From Candidatus Moraniibacteriota bacterium (GTDB lineage: Bacteria; Patescibacteriota; Minisyncoccia; CAIUEV01; JAHKAQ01): a stretch of 57,471 nucleotides of DNA. The stretch is from positions 1 to 57,471 of the forward strand of contig WJJI01000021.1 of assembly GCA_014729795.1 (NCBI GenBank). Reading direction: 5' to 3'. The notes under the pieces are model-generated. The model saw nothing but the letters and a program-made list of their open reading frames with translations, did no database searches and had not been told where the DNA came from. The translations under genes and the position numbers were made by a program. This document shows, in pieces, positions 52,816 through 57,471 of the stretch; within the stretch, counting starts at the first letter, position 1; each line of letters begins with the position of its first letter.

Positions 52816-53991
52816 ATGCCGATTAAAAAAGTCATAAGCACAGAAAAAATCCCAATTAAGTTATGGATGGATAACATTGAGCCGGGAGCCTTAGAGCAAG
52901 CTAAAAATTTAGCAAATTTACCGTTTGCTTTTCATCATGTTGCGATTATGCCGGATTGTCATCAGGGTTATGGGATGCCAATTGGCGGGGTGTTGGCGGG
53001 AAAAAATGCGGTAGCTCCCAACGCGGTCGGGGTTGATATTGGTTGTGGCATGGGAGCCTTACCAACCGGAATTAAACAATTGGATACAGATAAATTAAAA
53101 AAAATTCTAGGCTTGATTAGACGGGAGATACCGCTTGGGTTTAAGCATCATAAAGTTCAGCAGCCCAAAAAAAGTATTCCGGAAATTAAACCCGGCATGA
53201 CCATAGTTAAAAATGAAGCAAAGAATATTTTAAAACAGATTGGCACATTGGGCGGCGGCAATCATTTTATTAATATTATGAAAGCCGGCGATGGGGAGAT
53301 TTGGATAATGCTGCATTCCGGTAGTCGCAATCTAGGTAAAAGAGTAGCGGATTTTTACAATCAGTTAGCTAAAAAAGAGAATCGCAAACAGAAAAGCCGA
53401 GTGCCCGAGAAGTGGGATTTGGCGTATTTAACCGCAGAATCGAAAATCGGACAACGATACCTTAAAGAAATGCGCTATTGCGTTGATTTTGCCCGGGCTA
53501 ATCGTCAACAAATGCTGAAAAAAATCAAAGATATTTTTAAAATTGTTACGAGCCATGATTTGGATTTAAAGGGTTTAATCAATATCGCGCATAATTACGC
53601 GGCGCTAGAAGAGCATTTTAATGAGAAGGTCTGGGTTCATCGCAAGGGAGTCACTCAGGCTTATAAGGGACAAATTGGCATAATTCCAGGCTGCCAGGGA
53701 AGTAAAAGTTATATTGTGAAAGGCAAAGGTAATGAGCAGAGTTTTAAATCTTGTTCGCATGGAGCGGGTAGAAAAATGGGTAGACGGCAAGCCATAAGAG
53801 AGTTAGACTTGGAGCAAGAGCAGACCAAGCTGGAGAATAAAGGAATTTTGCATAGTATTCGAGGTAAAAGAGACCTGGACGAAGCGCCAGGCGCTTATAA
53901 GGATATTGAACATGTAATGCAGGCGCAAACGGATTTAGTGGCAATACAAGTTGAATTGGAGCCCTTGGCCATAGTAGCGGCCGGGGGGTGA
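52816..53991 (+). CDS. rtcB: RtcB-family RNA ligase
   Basis: MPDCHQG, GVDIGCG, LGGGNHF, HSGSR, HRKG, SHGAGR, DEAPGAYK. Confidence 0.95.
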   Translation: MPIKKVISTEKIPIKLWMDNIEPGALEQAKNLANLPFAFHHVAIMPDCHQGYGMPIGGVLAGKNAVAPNAVGVDIGCGMGALPTGIKQLDTDKLKKILGLIRREIPLGFKHHKVQQPKKSIPEIKPGMTIVKNEAKNILKQIGTLGGGNHFINIMKAGDGEIWIMLHSGSRNLGKRVADFYNQLAKKENRKQKSRVPEKWDLAYLTAESKIGQRYLKEMRYCVDFARANRQQMLKKIKDIFKIVTSHDLDLKGLINIAHNYAALEEHFNEKVWVHRKGVTQAYKGQIGIIPGCQGSKSYIVKGKGNEQSFKSCSHGAGRKMGRRQAIRELDLEQEQTKLENKGILHSIRGKRDLDEAPGAYKDIEHVMQAQTDLVAIQVELEPLAIVAAGG

Positions 53992-54138
53992 TAAGTTTGT
54001 AAGAGCATTTAATGAAGAAGAGGAGAGGCGGAATTAGAGATCAAGATTGGTTTAATGCTTTTAGCAAGCTAGAATTATCATGCCTAAAAAAGCTTAGATA
54101 TTTGTTTTTTCTAAATTTTTAACGCGAAACCTTTGAGG

Positions 54139-54849
54139 TTAGTTGGGGAGGGTTTTATTTTGGAGTTCTAAAAATTCTTTAAATTTTTTAGTAATGATTT
54201 TAATTTTCGTTGATATGGTGCTTGGTTGTAAATGCATTTTTTCTGCTATTTCGTTTTGTTGAAGACCTTGAATGAGATATTCGATAATTTCGCGCTCTTG
54301 ATTATTAGTTAGTGATTGATAAAATTTACCCAATAGATCTTTTGCCTCAAATGCCTCAAAAGTTTTTGCTGGATCAGGGGTGACCATATCGTCAAGTATA
54401 CGATGTTCGCTTTGTCTTTTTTTCCTTTCTTGTGCTCTTATATAATTAGAAAAATGATTACTAGCGATTGTATGAAGCCAAGTAGTAAGTTTGGATTTTT
54501 GTTTAAAATTTGAAATATTAAGCATAGCTTTTTTCATGATTTCTTGAGCAAGATCTTCTGCATCCCATCGTTTTTTGCTATTTTCTGGGGGGAAATTTAG
54601 TTTTCGTAATATTATATTATATACATAGGGAAAATACTGTTTATAAAATTGTTCTTGAGCTTCTTGTTTTATTATATAGTACTCGCTTTGAAGGTGCTTG
54701 ATTAACTCACATTCAAAATTTGTAGTTCTTTGTTTGTCTTGTCTTTTTTTCCTTTTCTCTCCTCCTTTCCCTTCCCCTTTCGTTTGGTGGGGAGAAGTTT
54801 CACTATCGGGTGGGTTTGGTTCAGGAGTTTGAAAATCTTCTTTAAACAT
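54139..54849 (-). CDS. ECF-type sigma-70 factor
   Basis: Region 2 DAEDLAQE...TWLHTIASN; region 4 HTH NEIAEKMHLQPSTI. Confidence 0.85.
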   Translation of the reverse strand: MFKEDFQTPEPNPPDSETSPHQTKGEGKGGEKRKKRQDKQRTTNFECELIKHLQSEYYIIKQEAQEQFYKQYFPYVYNIILRKLNFPPENSKKRWDAEDLAQEIMKKAMLNISNFKQKSKLTTWLHTIASNHFSNYIRAQERKKRQSEHRILDDMVTPDPAKTFEAFEAKDLLGKFYQSLTNNQEREIIEYLIQGLQQNEIAEKMHLQPSTISTKIKIITKKFKEFLELQNKTLPN

Positions 54850-54861
54850 AGTGTAATATAT

Positions 54862-54972
54862 TTATGATTTATGAGTTCGGTGAATTTGTGAGATCATTTG
54901 AATTTTTTAACTGCTAGTGTTCATCGCACTGTAAAAAATTTTCACAAATTTTTTTAGGCGCGCAAGTTCAAT
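54862..54972. repeat. Dispersed hairpin repeat family member
   Basis: Left arm TTATGATTTATGAGTTCGGTGAATTT matches the 31290 left arm at 20 of 26 positions; right arm AAATTTTTTTAGGCGCGCAAGTTCAA. Confidence 0.65.
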
Positions 54973-54980
54973 AAAAATGA

Positions 54981-55904
54981 TTAATGCATATTGTTTAAAT
55001 ACCAATGAACGGTTTTTTTTACGCCTTGTTCAATGGTATGTTTTGGCGAATATCCCAGTTTTCTTTTTGCTTTGTCAATATTGGCAATGTATCTAACAAC
55101 TTCACCGGTTCTATTTTTTTTAATTCTAATTTTGCTTTTAGAATTTAATTCTTTACGAATAATATTTGCAACCTTTAAAATCGAATTACCTTTGCCAAAG
55201 GCTAAATTATATATATCATTCTTTGCTTTATTAAAATTATTAATACACTTGATTATTCCAGAGACACAGTCATGAATATAAGTAAAATCAAGCACTTTGC
55301 CCTTACCAAAAATATTAAGATCTTTATTTTTTATGCATTGATTAATGAATAAAGGCATTACCCTGTCGCTATCATCATAGCATCCAAAAACATTTGATAA
55401 CCGAACAATAATATAGTTAAGATTAAAACATTGAGCATAGGAATGGACAAGAGCCTCGCCTCCAATTTTTGAGGCGGTGTATGGACTCTCACAAAGATCT
55501 AAATGAACCTCTTTTTCTTTATGGGTAATTATTCTTGAGTTACCATAAACTTCTCTGGATGAAGAAAAAATAAATCTTTTAATGTTATTAAGCCTTACAT
55601 ATTCTAAAATATTAAATATTATTTCCAAGTTATCTCTTGCCAAGCTTGGATCTTTAACTAAATTGTAAACCCTAGCATTTGCAGCAAGGTGGATTACTAA
55701 ATCAATTTTTTTTGGTAACTTTTTTAAAACATGTTTTTTATTTTTTAAATCAAGTCTAATTGTTTTTTTATTTAGATCTATATTCCATTTGTTTTTTTCT
55801 TTATCAACCCCAATAACATTATATTTTTTTCTTAGCAGTTCTTCCATTAAATAAGTGCCAATCATGCCGCTACTTCCGGTAATGATAATATGTTTTATTC
55901 TCAT
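54981..55904 (-). CDS. NAD-dependent nucleotide-sugar epimerase/dehydratase
   Basis: TGSSGMIG, HLAA, SSSREVYG, YTASK. Confidence 0.92.
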   Translation of the reverse strand: MRIKHIIITGSSGMIGTYLMEELLRKKYNVIGVDKEKNKWNIDLNKKTIRLDLKNKKHVLKKLPKKIDLVIHLAANARVYNLVKDPSLARDNLEIIFNILEYVRLNNIKRFIFSSSREVYGNSRIITHKEKEVHLDLCESPYTASKIGGEALVHSYAQCFNLNYIIVRLSNVFGCYDDSDRVMPLFINQCIKNKDLNIFGKGKVLDFTYIHDCVSGIIKCINNFNKAKNDIYNLAFGKGNSILKVANIIRKELNSKSKIRIKKNRTGEVVRYIANIDKAKRKLGYSPKHTIEQGVKKTVHWYLNNMH

Positions 55905-55935
55905 TTGTTAGGCATTATTAATCTATATTATTTAA

Positions 55936-57363
55936 TTAACCATCAATATTACCTTTTTCATAATATTCTTTTTCATTGCCAATTTCATCAAAATCTATTT
56001 TTTTATTTTCAATTATACCCTTAGCAGCCAATAACCCCATTTTAATGCTATGATCTTGATTTGTGTATCTAAATCTTCCAGGCCTTCCGATGTAAGATAA
56101 ATTGTCAAATCTATCCAAGTATTTTTTAATATACTTTAAATTTTTTTTATAGCTGATATCATAAATCGGGTAAACTTTATCAAAGCTTAATTTATAATAA
56201 TCTAAAACATCTTTTTTGTTAACTAACTTTAGATCCTCAAGGTGTTTTATTGTTTTTTTAAATAATATGTCTTTATCCATATTCCATATTTTATCGCCTT
56301 TATCTACAAAAAATTCAATAAATAAGGAAGTTTTTCCTTTTGGAGACATAGACTTACTAAAATTCTTCATTTCCGAAATTCTTGCAAAAGGAATTTTTTT
56401 ATCAGGAATATAGATCCAGTTATCTTTGGTTATTTGGTCCTTGTTAATCATTAAAAATAGATAAACCTGAGCTCTCCATTTTAATTTTTTTACTTTTTGT
56501 AAGACTTTTTTAGGCGGCAAAGGATCAAGAATTTTTAAAAAATCATTTATTGGCATTGAGCTTATAAGATTCAAGACCTTTACCCTTTTTTTCCTTCCCT
56601 TAACATTTAAAATAATTTTATTAATTTTGTTATCTTCATGAATAATTTTAATAGGAAAACTATTGGTGCTTATCCGGCTTCCAGCACTTGAAACAATTTG
56701 AAGCATCTTGCTATATATTTGCCCGGTTCCATGTTTTGGATAGAAAAAGTGATCGATTAATGTTTTGGGGTTATTGTTTGTTAGTTTAAAGGATTGTTTA
56801 AGAAGAGTTAATAAATTCAAACCTTTTATTCTCTGATTTGCCCAATCAAAATGTAATTTTTTGCAGGGAATCCCCCAAATTTTTTCTGTGTAATTTAACA
56901 TGTTAAAATCACCAAGCTTTTTTCCAAAATTAGCGATAATGTAATCTTCAAAATTTTTAATTTTTTTTCCGAGGATTTTATATTCTAATTGAGCGTTTAG
57001 GTAAGATAAAATAAAAATTATTGATTTATAAAAACCAATGTTTAAAAAAGCATTTATTGGTTTTATGGGGTATTTATAAAATTTCCCTTGTATTAATTGC
57101 CTAGTGTACCTATTTACCAGTATTTTATCATTTTTTATAATATTTTTTATAAGATTTGTAATACGATTATCTCTTGAAAAGAACCTATGTGGTCCTATGT
57201 CAGTTCTGTATAAATCATTATTCCGTATAAATTTTAAAGTTTTAGAAAATCCACCCACTTCTTTTTGTTTTTCAATAATCATTAGTTTTTTTTGACTCTT
57301 GGTTAACATAAAAGCAGTTGCGATTCCGGCGGGGCCTGCTCCGATGATTATAATCTTTTTCAT
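55936..57363 (-). CDS. FAD-dependent oxidoreductase (UDP-galactopyranose mutase/HemY-like family found in glycan loci)
   Basis: IIGAGPAG, DIGPHRFFS, YTEKIWG, IGRPGRFRYTNQDHS. Confidence 0.85.
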   Translation of the reverse strand: MKKIIIIGAGPAGIATAFMLTKSQKKLMIIEKQKEVGGFSKTLKFIRNNDLYRTDIGPHRFFSRDNRITNLIKNIIKNDKILVNRYTRQLIQGKFYKYPIKPINAFLNIGFYKSIIFILSYLNAQLEYKILGKKIKNFEDYIIANFGKKLGDFNMLNYTEKIWGIPCKKLHFDWANQRIKGLNLLTLLKQSFKLTNNNPKTLIDHFFYPKHGTGQIYSKMLQIVSSAGSRISTNSFPIKIIHEDNKINKIILNVKGRKKRVKVLNLISSMPINDFLKILDPLPPKKVLQKVKKLKWRAQVYLFLMINKDQITKDNWIYIPDKKIPFARISEMKNFSKSMSPKGKTSLFIEFFVDKGDKIWNMDKDILFKKTIKHLEDLKLVNKKDVLDYYKLSFDKVYPIYDISYKKNLKYIKKYLDRFDNLSYIGRPGRFRYTNQDHSIKMGLLAAKGIIENKKIDFDEIGNEKEYYEKGNIDG

Positions 57364-57471
57364 TTATTGGTAGAATTTGTTTAATTATCTTTAATAAGGT
57401 CGTGTTTGCAAAAATGATTAAATCTAAAAAGATAATCGAATTAATTATTGTTTTATCTTTATTGTTTTTAA

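Overview
AT-rich bacterial chromosomal segment in genetic code 11. Most start codons lack a Shine-Dalgarno site. The gene style (TrmB-type regulator, long-tailed S16, lineage-specific orphans, edited 23S rRNA) suggests a Patescibacteria/CPR, probably Parcubacteria-like, organism; this is an inference. Housekeeping genes include rplU, recR, rpsP, gatB, gltX, groEL with a perfect CIRCE but no groES, dnaX, an isolated secY, an S41 protease and rtcB. RNA genes are two tRNAs and a stand-alone 23S rRNA with several AT-rich insertions and no linked 16S or 5S. Other content includes a glucosylglycerate-type sugar module, several surface proteins and a decayed O-antigen-ligase-like pseudogene. Two things stand out. 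(1) A 1730-aa alpha-2-macroglobulin with a membrane segment at each end and an intact thioester has its bait region occupied by a 129-aa Hint (intein-like) domain with no C-flank nucleophile; it is a candidate self-arming covalent trap or adhesin, coupled to a membrane-anchored MEMO1-fold gene. (2) An unannotated family of ~85-125 bp imperfect-hairpin intergenic repeats (consensus arms TTATGACTTACGCGCTTGGTAAATTT ... AAATTTCTCTAAGCGCGTAAGTCATAA) occurs at least six times, mostly in the same orientation, including on both sides of the 23S gene.
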